In this document: in pieces, positions 39,790 to 52,559 of the stretch
Position numbering within the stretch: the stretch's first letter is position 1
Layout: the number at the start of each line of letters is the position of its first letter
NCBI RefSeq assembly: GCF_009914755.1
Contig: NC_060935.1
Reading direction: 5' to 3' (one strand)
DNA: 64,000 nucleotides
Source: the human T2T-CHM13v2.0 reference genome, Homo sapiens
Notes under the pieces: model-generated
What the model saw: only the letters and a program-made list of their open reading frames with translations
Databases searched by the model: none
What the model was told of the DNA's origin: nothing
Position numbers and translations under genes: made by a program

Positions 39790-42700
39790 GGAGGTAGGCA
39801 AGTTCATCATAAATTTTATTGAAAAGAACAAATAAGTAGAATATAAGGAAAACCCTCAAAAGCAGATCAGCGGAGGAGGGTTGTAGCCCTGCTAATTATT
39901 GAAATATAGTGTTAAACATTTCTAATTAAAACTCTGGGATTGGTGCTTAAAAGACAGACCAGTGCAGCTGAGTAGAGAATAAAGAAATAGATGCAGTTGC
40001 ACATGGAATTTAAGTATATAATAAAGGAAGACAATATTAGATTTATTCTTTATGTTATGTGAAGGATAAATTACAAATGAATTATACACTTAATGTATAA
40101 AAATGAAACTATGCAAGTCTTGAATTCCTCTGAACCCGGAAGTGGAATAAACACCCTAACTATAACTCAAAATCCAGATTATAATATGGGAAATAAAATT
40201 TGATGGTAAAAGTACTAACTTTTATATGGCTAAAAATACAAGTTAAGTAAAAAAAGAAGTGACAAATTGGACAAGAGTATTTGCGATTTCTATCACAAAG
40301 GGTTAATATCCCTAAAAAATCGATAAGACTGTCAACTCAACAAGAAAGTGGGCGATACATGAACAGATGGTTTACAGAAAAATAATTGCAAATGACTCTT
40401 ACACGTAGAAAAAGACGCCTAACCTTTCAACTGGTAAGAAATACGCAGACACTTTACTGAAATGTCATTTCTTACTGATTATATTGACAGTACTTAAAAA
40501 GTTCGACAAGCTGTTCTCTTGATGATGCTGTGGAGGGAAGGGAAGAAGCAGGACTCTCAGACATTGCTGGAGGAAATGCTAAATGGTGTAAATACTAGGG
40601 AAGAGAATTTGGCACTATTTAGAAAAATTACATTTATGTTTACCCTTTGGCCCAGCAGCTCTACTTCGAGGGATTTGTCTCAGTGTTACACCAGCAAAAA
40701 TAAGAATAGACACAAACACACACTAGGCTGTTTATCACAGCACTGTTTGAAATAGCAAAAGGTAGAAACAATCCAAATGTTGGTTAGTACAGGATTTGTT
40801 GAATAACTTTTACTGTATCTACACCTGTAAAAAGGAATGAGGAATATCTCTTTATACTGCTATGGAGTGATCTTCATTGAAAAAAAGCAAGGTACAGACA
40901 AGTGAGTATAGTATATATCATTTATAAAAGAAAGAGGTGGCAGTGCTAATATTTAAGAAATTAGAAAGGATAAAATAAAACTTTAAAAACAACAATAGTT
41001 GGTTATCTACAGAGTAATGGAGGGAACCGTGTGGGGGAGAAACTGGAAGCTGGACTTCTGAATATATCTTGTTTTGTCTCTTTGACTTTGGGACAATATA
41101 CGTATCTTGCACAATTTTAAAACAAAATTAAAGTGTAAAAGAGCCCTAAAGATTGAAACGAGACAGGTGATTCTAATTCATTTTTTTCTCTCTCTTTTTC
41201 TCTCTCTCAATTTGCTTACATAACCATACAGAGAGGCACTATTTCAAATGTCAGATGTTTGATTATATGGCCCTAATAGGTTATAACTGAAGGATAAAGC
41301 GTCTCCAAAAGTATAATCCTCAACTGTTAGAGTAATCGTATTATGCTTGTTATGTTGGTATTGTTATTCTAAGGCTTTTGTGTGTATTTTATGGGATAAA
41401 GCAAATGACTGGTTAAGATAATATCATTGGAAACTTGGACTTTTAGTGTAGTTTAAAGGAGAAACAGGTAAAAGTTTCTAAGGTTAGGAACGACCCTGTG
41501 ATGGTAAATTTTCTAGCTCTTTCCCCTGGCAATGCCTGGAAACAAGGACCAATCCAGTCGCAGTAAGCACCCCTAGAACCCAGACTGTCTCTAAATATCA
41601 GTTCCCACTAAAGTAAATGAAGGCTCCTTGGAGAGTAGCTACTTGCAGGCCTAGGGCAGGAGATGTGCAGATGAGCTTTTAATATCTTGTCAGTTCAGAA
41701 AGCAAGGAAGCTGTCAGAAACTCCTGAGGGCATCTTAAAGGACTCAGGAGCCAGAGATGAGATAGTTTGAGGATCACTAAGGATAATAAGGATGATATAT
41801 TTAATATATTTCAATACATTAAATATATTTGAATCCTAAGTTCACAGTAATACTAAAGAAAAAAAATTAATAATAATTGGTTAGCTTTAGAGGGTGCTAA
41901 GAAATTAACTCATTTTGAAAACGTAATAAATGGAAAGACTCAAGCATTTTTCTCTACCTCTTCTGCTATATGAACCGTAGCTCTGAGTAACCAAGTAATT
42001 GATGAGAAGTTTCTCATTATTAGCATATCACAGTTGTTAAAAGATAGAAGAATCATAGAATATCACTGTATTGCCATTTTGCAATCTCTGGTAAAATAGT
42101 ATAGCCAGTGATCATTAATAGCTGCTAACATCACAAAAAGAGAGATAACCAGATATTACATGTTTCCCACTGTGAAGTAGTCTTGCCAGAAAATTGAACC
42201 AAATATGTTCAAGCCTGTAGCTCTATCATTTTCCAGGAAATACAGGGGAAAATATAACGTGTTCAATGACACCATGAGAAGTATATCAGCAAAAGCTAGA
42301 CTGAGGAATTCTGTATGCCAGTTTCTTCAACCAATAAATTTCAGGGTGGTAGGGAAGAGCCCGGGGGAGGAAGGTGGGGGAACCTATAGCATACAAGAGA
42401 TTTGAGACCAGTGCCAATGTATGGACCTAATTTTAATTATGATTCAAGCAAACAAAACACATGCGGACATTTGAAAACTGGCTGGATATTTAATGATATT
42501 ATGGATTTTTTTTTTTTTTTTTTTTTTTTTGAGACATGGTCTCACTCTGTTGCCCAGCCTGGAGTATAATGGCGCGATCTCTGCTCACTACAGCCTCAGC
42601 CTCCTGGGCTCAGGGTGATTCTCCCACCTAAGCCTCTTGAGTAGCTGGGACCACAGGCATGCGCCACCATGCCTGGTTAGTTTTTTGTATTTTTTTAGAG

Positions 42701-43100
42701 ACAGGGTCTCCCTGTGTTGCCCACGCTGGTTTTGAACTCCTGGGCTCAAGTGATTCTCCTGCTTCGACCTCCCAAAGTGCTAGGATTACAGGCATAAGCC
42801 ACCGCACCCAGCATAGGAATTATTAATTTTAAAGGTTTAATAATATTTTGGTTATATTTTGATTATTTAAAAAAAAAATCTCACCTGTAAGAGATGTGAG
42901 ATGAAATACTTACGAATAAAATGACAGTATCTCTGGGATTAGCTTCAGAATAACCCTGGTTGAGGTTGAGAGGGTAGGGAGGGGTATAACTGAAACAAGA
43001 TCAGTCATGAATCACTTGGCAGTTGTATAAGTGAGGTAAAAGGTATATGTGGCTTCATTGCCTTTCCTTACCACTTTTGTATAATTCAAAATTTATTTTT
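39790..43100 (+). mobile_element. Old L1M (L1MC/ME-like) fragments
   Basis: Degenerate ORF2 3' and 3'UTR-like motifs (CATGAACAGATGGTTTACAGAAA; CACAGCACTGTTTGAAATAGCAAAA; TCTCTGGGATTAGCTTCAGAATAA); boundaries approximate. Confidence 0.6.
42507..42813 (-). mobile_element. AluJ
   Basis: Poly-T, GTCTCACTCTGTTGCCCAG..CTCCTGGGCTCAAGTGAT. Confidence 0.9.
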
Positions 43101-44616
43101 TATATATAAATTTTTTTAATATATTTTTTAAAGGTTGTGCATAGTGCTTTCAGGATATAATTTGAGATGAGAAACTAGTACCAGATGAATTGGAATGTTG
43201 ATATTATTAAGAGAATATTTGATACAATACCATCTATAAAGCTGTATTATGTCACTGTTTCTGGCAACCATTTTGCCAGATTTTAAGTACCTAATATGGT
43301 GCTTAGAAAATAAAGACTATGAATAAAAGAGGTGAGTATGTTACAGTGCTTGTACAGAAGGATAGAGGAACAGTTAATGTGAAGGAAGCTGGGCTTTTTG
43401 TTTTTCTGGCAGCTACTTTCTTTTCCTTTTCTTTTCCCCTTTTTCCTTTGCCATGTGTGGTGGTAGAGTCTCCCCTCCAGGTATTGGCCACTGGATAACC
43501 TCTTTTAGCACCCTATGTAGCTGTCTTTCTCTGTGCTTGATTCATTCTGTATCAGGTTAAACTATTGTGGAGGAAAGAGGATGAGTCTACAGTACCTGTT
43601 AGGGATTGTTAGACAGAAAAATAGAGAAATTAGAGGTGACTGAATGAGTCCCCCACAGCTATTATTATGCTTCATCTGGAGCAATGGTGAATCAAGTGTT
43701 AAAAAGGGAAAGAAAGAAGGGAAGTGCAAGTAGAGAACGAATAACATGGTCTGGGGAGGACTTGTCTAATTCCAGAGACTAGCCCTGGCAAGGACTTCCA
43801 GGGTATCCTAATGTGATTTAGTAGGCACAGATGTCACTCATACAAATGTTGGTATTGAGTGGTCCAGTCTAGTGCTTGTAAAATAGTATCAAAAGAGTTT
43901 AGGCAGTGGGCAGGACACCAGAGTCTGGAAGAGCTGTGTTGTGATTCTAGAAGGTCTAGCCTTTCATAGCATCACTTTTGCCACTAATGACAGATGTGGG
44001 GATCAGGAAGAGGGCTAACAAGTATTTACTTGAGAACACTAGCCAAATGAGCTGGGGAGTTTGGGACAAGCAAGGCCTCACTTCTTTGAGGGAGTCTGGG
44101 GTGTAAGGAAAGGCAAGAAAAATTGCTGTGGGTTGAGCCACTATGGAGGTTAGGAGGTATGGTGCAGTGAGGTTATCCAAATGAACATTACTGGTCCTTG
44201 ATGGACCCCACCAAGTCTGATTGGACATATTACTTAATTCTGTTCCTCAGTGGGGAATATGTCTGAGTTTGTTCATGTTTGTGCTTCCCATAATGAGTAA
44301 CATCGTAATTGGAATAGAACTGCGGTGCTGTAAGTGGTCAGTTAGTAAAGGTAATGGCAGAGGGGAAAGTAAGCCAAAAGCAGGGTACATGACAAGGATC
44401 CAAGAAGGCTTTGCAGATGAGGTAGTATTTGAACTGGTCCTTGTAGAATAAATGGGCTTTTTAAAAATAATGAGAAGGACATTCCAGCTAGAAAAACATG
44501 GGTAAACTCTTGGAAGAAAGATGTCACTGAGACATACTTTTGCAACAGCAGGTAGGTCTGGCTGCATTGGGGACATAATGGCTGTAAGATCAGATAGATT
44601 ATTGGAAGGATCTTGA

Positions 44617-45021
<405 letters not shown>

Positions 45022-47407
45022 AGGAAGTGGTTTCTACATACTTTTCTGAGCCCTATTAGTAGCATTGCGTTGAAAGGAACAGACCCTAAGAGTAACCTGG
45101 TATGAGGAGATAACTGTAGGCAATTTAAAGTAGCCTCCTTTTCCTGCTCTCATTTGAAAAGCCAACACTGAGAACTCCTAATCAATGTGATAATCTAAAC
45201 AGATGGGGTAAAGCATCTGCTCTCTATCGGATATAATATTATAAGTAAATCTTTTCAATGTTAAGTGGTGCTGGAATGCAGAGAAAGGAAATCACCAAGT
45301 GTCCCCACATCTGGAGTGGTGAATGGGAGTTGAGGCCATGTGCACCACTAGGGCTGAGCTGGAAGGCTGGAGTTGCTGACTTTTTTTTTTTTTTTTTTGG
45401 TGGCGGGGTGGGTGGAAGGAGCAAGGAAGGGAAATCAAGAATCAGATTAAGATTTGAATATGGTAAGATTTGAAATGCATATGAGGCATTCAAGGGAAGG
45501 TGTTCAATAGATAACTGATTATAGGAGTTGAAGTTCAGGAGTGAAGTCTGACTTGGAGACAGAAATTTGAGAGTCATCAGCATGTGGATGGAATTTAATG
45601 CCATGTGATAACAGGCAAAATGATTTCGAATCTATATGGAATAAGAATGCCTACTCCCCTAAAGAGTCCTCCTGAGGGTCAAATTTATAGAACTTGCATT
45701 TTCTGGGAACCCACAGATAGAAGTGAAGTTGTCCTGGGCTGATCGCCTCCCTGGGTTACCTGGTAGAAGCCATTATTCTGGAAGAATACAGCTTCTAATC
45801 CAAACCATACAGAATTTGCAGATAAAGTCTCACCAAAAGTCACAATCCCACATTTAATAACGTATGTGGAAGAAGTCTTTTAGGAGTGAAGTCAGTAGGC
45901 ATAACAAGCAGCAGGACTGGATCCCAAGAACTTCAGTTAATTGGAATTACAAAAGTCCAGGCAGATTTGAAAAGGATAAACAGAACTTCTAGTAATGAAA
46001 AATATAGTCTCTCAAATTAAAACCCCCCAAACCTCAAGGGTGGGCTGAAGTGTGATTAGACAGGACTGAATGAAGAATTTGTGAACAGAAGGACGACTAG
46101 AGGAAGTTAGGTTGCATGTAGCACATAGAGACAGCACTGGAAAATATGAAAGAGAAGTTGACATATGAAGGGTAAAATGAAAATTATTCAATAACCCAAT
46201 AGGAATTTCAGAAGAAGAAAAAAAGAGGGAAATGGGAAGAGGTAATTTTCAAAGAAAAACATGGCAGAGAATTTTCTAGAATTTAAGAAAGATATGTGTA
46301 ATGTAAATGAAAGAGCCAGTACCCCATTGGAAAGCATTTAGAGCAATTGGCTCTGCATGGCTGCTGCTATCTTTTAAAATAATTGTCAGTATCTAAGAAA
46401 GTTTTACCTTTATAAATAATGTAATCAGTTGGAATGTGTTTTTAGGTTTCTTTTCTCTGATGAATTACAGAGCTTTGGCTATTTCCATATTCGATATGAC
46501 AGGGTGTTGGTGTCATTAAATAATGATTCAGACACAGAACAGTCTTTTAGGGATTATTTTAAAAAGACTAACTTTCTTCACACTTTGAGAATTTATAGGT
46601 AAGCAGATGAGGGGATTCTTGGGCCACATTTATCTTTCAGACTTCCAGCTCACTGGCAATCTAATAAGTTATTCACACCCGTTAGAATATGAGCAGTAAG
46701 ATAAAGAGCCAGCAGACATATGGTCTCATTATTCTGTCCTTTTTTCCTTTTGATTACAATATGCTATTTTCATGTAGGACAGGCCAGGATGTATTTTAAG
46801 TCCCTGGAGCACGTTTCCCTGAAGGTTGCTCTTAAAATTCTGTGTTCTGCCAACTGAAGGGAAATTTGTTTTTGCCAAAACACAGTAAATAATTGAGAGC
46901 AATCTTAATCCTTGGTTCTTAGTGGTTCACTGGCTTCTTTTTGAAGCTCATCACCTTTGTGATTTGTGATCTTTTGAGTATAATTGGCTGCTTTTCATTA
47001 ACACTTATTTACTGTATACATGGGTGTCAATATATGTTTAAGTATGCCTGGTTCTTGGTACATTTATGATAACTTGCTCCATTCATTTTATATTAAAAAC
47101 AAATTTATATTCTGACACCATACTTTTCATATATTTTTTCTCTTATTAACTGTTTTTTGTTTGTTTGATTTTTGAGATCTTTTTAAATGTATGGTCACCA
47201 TAAAACAATGAGTTTAAACCTTTATGCATTAAGAAAATTGATATTTTTCATGAAAAATGATAGTGTTGCATCGAATTATGAATCTAGTTTACTTCTAAGC
47301 AAAGACTAGATAAGTATTTGAGAACATTCAATGGACAGCAGTTCAGTCTTAAAAACCATTAAGTTTTTTCAAAGATCTGAGACTGATTCACAGCTTCTTT
47401 TACTAAT

Positions 47408-47442
<35 letters not shown>

Positions 47443-49721
47443 ACTTGCATGCACGCAGCGTTTTACACCAAGGAGGTAAGGGTGCAAAGAAAAAACTCTG
47501 GCCCAGGAATCATGGTTTTTCCTTTGGGGTTCCTCCTCTGCCATGAGCTGCCTGGGAGTGAGTTGAACTAGCTGAAATCTAAGGTACGGAATATCCTGGA
47601 TTTATAATTCTATGATAACTCATTTTTATTTTCTTTTTTTAAGTAACTGAAATATGCAGTATTATAGCATATAAATTATTTCCGTCTTTGTTGAACTCAT
47701 GATTCTAAGAAAATAAGTTTTATAATGACTATTAGAGTACTTCATTTCAGTCTGAGGATTGACTAAAACCTTATATATCATAAAATTAGTACAGAAAACG
47801 CTCTGAAAGTGCTAGGTAACACCCACAATTTCAAAATCTTTTGAAAGGTCAATTGAGCTATCATTTGGCATTTTTATTACAAGTTTTTTATTTGGAGGGG
47901 GCATGTGCTTCAGATATTTTCAGTTTAAACTGCACCTAGTTTATTTTTTCATCAATTGAACTGTCAAATCTGTTAAAATAACAGAAAGGAAAAAAAATTA
48001 TTGTTCTCCTTTTGTAAGAGAATATTTGAGGTTATGAAAAACCTTGTTTTTTTTCCTCAGAATATTTGAGATTTTTCTGCTCTGCCGTGAAGCACTATGG
48101 AACAAAACCAGGCTAAGATAATTCCATCAAGCACTTAGCCACACACACAGTGCCTAGAATGTACGTAGTAAGCATGCTTAACAGTGGTGCTTGTTGCTGC
48201 GGTATTCCTTATGTCATGAGACAAGGGATTTTTTTGTATTTCAAATAGTTTTTGTCTAATATACTGTTACTGTATAAAATTCAGAAATAAAACCATTTTG
48301 AAGAAAGCCTTATCCTATATCACTAGATGCCACTAGAGAGTTATATGGGTCTCTGGATTCTACTATAGAAGACACTTTGGTTCCGTTATTTCTGGCAATA
48401 TGTATATGTTTGTGGTGCTAAAATGGAAAATTTTGAAAAGTCCATTTCACAAATAGCTTCCTTTTTTTGGTGTACTATGGTTTTCACAGCTTTATTGAGG
48501 TATAATTTGCATACCATAACATTTACCTATTTTAAGTATTCAGTGATTTTTAATAAATATATGGAGTTGTGCAGCCATCACCACAATCCAGTTTTAGAAC
48601 ACATTTCTGTCACCCCAAAAAAGATCCCTGCTGCCTGATTGCAGTCATTTTTTTCCTCCCATCTCTATCCCTAGACAATCCGGATCTGTTTTTTGTCTCT
48701 AAAGTTTTGCCTTTTGTCTATATTTCATATAAATAGAAGCATGTAATGTTTGGTCTTTTGTGACTAGATTTTTTCAGATTTAGCATGATTAAGGTTCATC
48801 CATGTTGTAGCATTTATCAGCTGTTCATTCCTTTTGTTACTAAATTATATTCCATCATTATGCGTTTTTACATTTATTGCTAAATCTTTGTATTATATCA
48901 GAATTTTTAAATTAGTGAATGGAATTATAGATTATAGTTTTATTCAATAGAAGTTTCTGTGGTGATGGAAATGTTCTGTGTTAAACTGTCGAATACAGTA
49001 GCTACTAGACTTAATTTAAGAAGCCAGAGGGATGTGTGGGTGGTTGACCTTGTCTAACTGGGCCCTTCTCAAACTCTCCTACTCATGCCTTCACCCCATA
49101 GGGCAGGACCTCAACTGGCCTAGCAACCAGGTTGCCTCAGGTCTTTGGCCATGCAAATATTATCCTTCTTTGTGTGTGTGTGAAGTGAAAAGGGATGACA
49201 AACACTGACTAGGGGTCCCTCCTCTACATTCCCATTCTGCTGTAGGTACTAATTGGATGGGATTGTCATTGCCTGCTTGTTGTACTGTTCTTCAATCAGA
49301 TTAGGAACTTCTTGAAGCAGGTCTGTCTTATTTTATTACTATTTTTATCATAGTGTCGCACACAGTGTCATTCACATGGGCAGCTAGTAAATACTTGTAG
49401 AGTCAACAATTGAATTATTTTTGTTTCTGATTATTGTTGTCATTATGGTTCAACATAGCACTAAGAAGAGGAATTTTTCTTTAATGTTCATGTTGATCTG
49501 ATAACTTGGTCTTACAGATAAAAACTAGCTCTCTTCCACCACCACCACCACACACATCTTTTACGTAAAGACTTTTATTCTTAATTTTTGGCAGAACAAA
49601 ATTATTTTGTGAAAGCCTCAGGACTTATTCTATTAATAAAATAAACATCACCATTAACTGTGTTTGACCAAGGCTATGCTTAATATCTAGAATTTAAAAA
49701 GAGAAAGGGAAGCCTCCGTAT

Positions 49722-50010
49722 ACTTCAGTCCTCAGCTCTGGCAGCTGCCCATCGGACAAAGGAACAGGACGATGATGCTGGCGTCGGTGCTGGGGAGCGG
49801 CCCCCGGGCGGGCCTCTGCTCTGGCCCCTCCTGGGGCCCGCACTCTCGCTCCGGGCCCGCTCCTCTTCCGCCACTGCCATGGACCACGAGAAGATGGTGC
49901 AGGAACACTCCAGGGCTGCCATCTCTTTCTTCAATCAGTCAGCTATGAACCTGACAGCTGAGAAGCCATCTGTCATCTCACGCTGTCCAGGACCCTCTAT
50001 CCTAGCTGCT
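49722..50010 (+). pseudogene. Processed pseudogene fragment of BCKDK (5'UTR + N-terminal ~70-80 codons)
   Basis: ATG at 49772: MMLASVLGSGPR-(frameshift)-PLLWPLLGPALSLRARSSSATAMDHEKMVQEHSRAAISFFNQSAMNLTAEKPSV, versus recalled BCKDK [68 protein letters not shown]. Confidence 0.85.
49777..49860 (+). ncRNA. MIR1343: miR-1343 precursor hairpin (5p 49791-49812, 3p 49828-49849)
   Basis: CTCCTGGGGCCCGCACTCTCGC matches recalled miR-1343-3p; 5p arm TGGGGAGCGGCCCCCGGGCGGG pairs with it (GGCCCC/GGGGCC, GGGAG/CTCTC); intronic, sense to PDHX. Confidence 0.9.
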
Positions 50011-50126
50011 GAGTCTTTTCCACTCTTCTCCACTTTAAACTCTTTGTGGACAGAACCTTCTCTTTTTGTTGTTTTCATACCCAGTGCTTAGTACAGTGCC
50101 TTATACATTAATGTTTGTTGAATGAT

Positions 50127-50251
50127 CTGGTAGAAATGACAGAATATGGAATAAATGTGTCCTGATTCTGGTAGAAATGACAGAATATGGAAAAAAACCG
50201 TATCTTGATTCAGGTAGACATGACAGAATATGGAATAAATGTGTCTTGATT
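50127..50251. repeat. Minisatellite, 3 copies of 41-43 bp
   Basis: Unit C(T/A)GGTAGA(A/C)ATGACAGAATATGGAA...TGATT at 50127, 50168 and 50211. Confidence 0.9.
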
Positions 50252-52065
50252 CTAAATGGTTGTATAGCTAACATTTTATTTTTACCTAGAGATGTTGTAA
50301 AGTGTTACATAAAGATGTATGTGAAGCATTAACACTTCCAGCCCCATGACTTAAAAAATATATATCTATACATTTAAAATTTTCCTGAGAGTCAGAGAGA
50401 TTAAGTAACTTGGTCAAGATCACTAGTAACTGTCAGAGCTTGGAATCAAACTCATATTTGAATTAGGAGAGGTTCCTTGTAACTACTCTGCCAAGGAGTC
50501 TTTCTAAGTTATAGCACTAAATTTTTGATCACAGCTGAAACTCAGTAGATTTGAAATATTCATGGCTCATTATTTGCTCTCAGAGTTTTCTTTTGGCATT
50601 TACATGATGTTTGATTATTGAAAGATAGAACTTTGGTTTTGTGATGAGTTAGGGGTAATGCTTCCATACGTAATATTACTATGTTTTTAAAACTTCCCTG
50701 TGATTTATTGGTAAAGTTTTCTGTGTTTCTTTTCCCCACCTCCCTCTCTTTTGTCCTCTCCTTTTTTCCTTCTCTCTCCTCCTGCTTTTCTCTTCTACCC
50801 TCTCCCTTGGCATTCTCATCTAGCTAACATATATGTCTGTGTTATGTGAATAGATATAGTTTTTTAAAAAAGAAAAAAAGGCTATCTTTTTAAATATCAG
50901 AAGCATGCTACAAATCAAATGTTAGAAGCAAAAGAAATGTAAAGGATAATTTGATGTATACCTTATGAGGAAATAAGGATTCGTGAAGTTATCATGTTTT
51001 TTTCTAAAGCATTTTAATCTAAAATTCATTGGGTATGGTGCATTGGCCATGAAACCTGAGGAATGGGGATGGGAATATAAAACATTTAAGTGTCCTGTCC
51101 GTATTGTGAAGAAGCTCATAGTCTAGTAAATAGAGGAAATCACAATTTAAAAAAGTAATTAGCAGTAATATAACATTTTATATGCAATTTGTGATTTTTA
51201 AATAAATTAGACCTACTATAGGAATCTGGAATATGAACAAAATTATGTAGGTCAAGTTACTCAGAGAAAGTTATATAGCTGAAGTCGAATCTGTAGTTCT
51301 TAAAGTGTGGTTGGAATTTGAATACTGATGAACACAAATGATGATATAGCATCATTTTGTTTTTCTGTGGCTAGAGTCTGTTTTCTAGGCATCTAAGAGG
51401 TATTTAATTGCTGGGTTTACTAGTTCTATAGTTTTTCCCGTGATTATAGCAGAAATCTTTGAGGGTGTGCTTTTTTTCCCTTTTGAAGTGCAATCTGTTT
51501 TAACCACTAAAACATTTAAAGAAGTATGTAAGATGATATAATCTGACACTGTAGCTTTCTCTATGACATACAAAGGTCATTTTTGGTCTCTTCCTGCATA
51601 TCTTACCAGCCTAATCTCTCGTCACTTCTCTCGCATACTATTTGCCAGTTTCTCTGAAGTTTCCTGTTCTCTCTGCCTCCAGGGCTATAAGTGTATTACC
51701 TTCTACCTGGATCACTGCCTGTTTACAGATTGTCTCCTCCTCACCTCTTCAGGCTCAGAATAGGTGGTCATTGTATTCTAGGAAGCCTTTTCTCACCTTA
51801 CAAAAACTGAATTAGATGCCCCTCCTGAACATTCCCAAAGCATCCTGACCTCACCTTATCCTGCTGTATTTTCCAGTTTACTTGTCAATGGATATTAAGC
51901 AAGCTTCTTGAGGTCAGGAATCTTAAATCTTTGCTGTTATTACTGTCCACTGCTGTATCCTCAGTGCCTACATATGTATATATATTTTATATGTAATATA
52001 TAAATATATAATACAAATACGTGTGTGTGTGTGTGTATATATATATAAAATATATTTATATAATT

Positions 52066-52361
52066 ATTATTATTTTTTAGACAGAGTTTTTGCTCTTGTT
52101 GCCCAGGCTGGAGTGAAATGGCATGATCTTGACTCACTGCAACCCCCTTCTCCCAGGTTCAAGTGATTCTTCTGCCTCAACCTCCCGAGTAGCTGGGACC
52201 ACAGGTGCCTGCCACCTCTCCTGGCTAATTTTTGTATTTTTAGTAGGGACGGGGTTTCACAATGTTGGCCAGGCTGGTCTTGAACCCCTGGCCTCAGGTG
52301 ATCCACCCACCTCGGCCTCCCAAAGTGATGGGATTACAGGTGTGAGCCTACACGCCTGGCC
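52066..52361 (-). mobile_element. AluS
   Basis: GCTCTTGTTGCCCAGGCTGG...CCTCAGGTGATCCACCCACCTCGGCC; AT/GT low-complexity tail region. Confidence 0.9.
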
Positions 52362-52559
52362 ACCCCAATACATTTTTAATAAATGTTTGTTGACTAGGGA
52401 CATCTCTTTGGAGTTAGACAAAGGACCTTTTAGGTGGTAAATAAATATCATCTAACATATCAATTTATTTTTAAAAATAACTTATATTAGTGTCTCTGAA
52501 CTATTTAACCTGAAGATATAACTATCAATTTGATCATCTTGGTACACAATGAAGTACTT

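Noticed and set aside
49725-50091. ORFs 49879-50091 (+) and 49725-49934 (-) as novel micropeptides
   Set aside because: Remnant frame and antisense shadow of the BCKDK pseudogene fragment; the frameshift upstream argues against coding
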